Of a stretch of 64,000 nucleotides of DNA, positions 63,354 to 64,000 are shown piece after piece. The translations under genes were made by a program, and so were the position numbers. This DNA comes from Botryllus schlosseri (taxonomy: Eukaryota): NCBI GenBank assembly GCA_051294905.1, contig CM119372.1, positions 6,574,001-6,638,000 of the forward strand, written 5' to 3'. Every line of letters starts with the position of its first letter. Within the stretch, counting starts at the first letter, position 1. Under the pieces are notes generated by a model. The model saw only the letters and a program-made list of their open reading frames with translations. It was not told the origin of the DNA and searched no databases.

Positions 63354-64000
63354 GTAATCACATTCCCGAATATCAGCATTCATACACTGCCGCCTATATA
63401 CTGTGTCGTTTATAATTTATTTATCTGCATACTTCAAATATATTTGTCTACGTGATCAACAAGACTGATCAATGTTCAATGCTCATCGTAGATAAGGCCG
63501 TTTCCTTCGTGATCAAAATCACGAAATTTTATATCGCGGGCAATCCGGTATACAATGGTTTAGAAATGGGCACACGTATGGTTTGATATAGGCAATCACC
63601 AGAAAACGTTCCTATGATATCAGTTTGAGTATCTTGCCACGACGCCAGGCGACAGAGGGCAAAACACGGAATGCGATTAGAAAGTGTCGAAATATAGTGC
63701 CCGAGACATCACAAGATATATTGACGTACCTACAAACAAATTCCTCGCTGTTCAATGTCACAACTTTTACCAAAATATAAATACAAGAGAACAGTGAACA
63801 TGAATACACATGGCACATATGTACGAATGATACATTTGAACCCGTATCCACCATGCAGGATGCAGCACTACTATGGCGCACAAAAGCATCCATGAATTTT
63901 ACTTTGACTAGAGTCTATTGTTTGAGATTTGTCATCATAATAATACTGATTTGGATGCTATATTTTACCTAATATTTCAATACTGATAATTCTAACTGGC

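Overview
AT-rich, intron-containing animal genomic DNA, most likely from an invertebrate chordate (tunicate/ascidian). This is inferred from a chordate-type short coil-1B intermediate filament, 50-70 nt introns and no visible CpG depletion. I hand-assembled three spliced + strand genes whose intron phases close exactly. (1) A 5-exon, 362-aa Wnt (1431..14762) with all 24 Cys, but with Thr in place of the normally invariant palmitoleoylated Ser (CRCHGITGSC). (2) An 11-exon type-III (desmin/vimentin-like) intermediate filament gene (26058..30072) that appears to have two alternative last exons. (3) A compact TATA-driven secreted prepropeptide gene (61785..63353), absent from the ORF track, in which an RLRR cleavage site precedes YSEGTATSLDSINRDSVAADRLRQSL, a glucagon/GIP/secretin-superfamily-like peptide with a putative Cys-paired C-terminal extension. 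The rest is a dense, often nested set of non-autonomous DNA transposons (hAT with 8-bp TSDs; P-like with 7-bp TSDs; piggyBac-, Kolobok- and Harbinger-like), a 5'-truncated LINE flanked by a ~350-bp duplication, and a SINE-like element. All gene models and family assignments were made by eye and need database and RNA confirmation.
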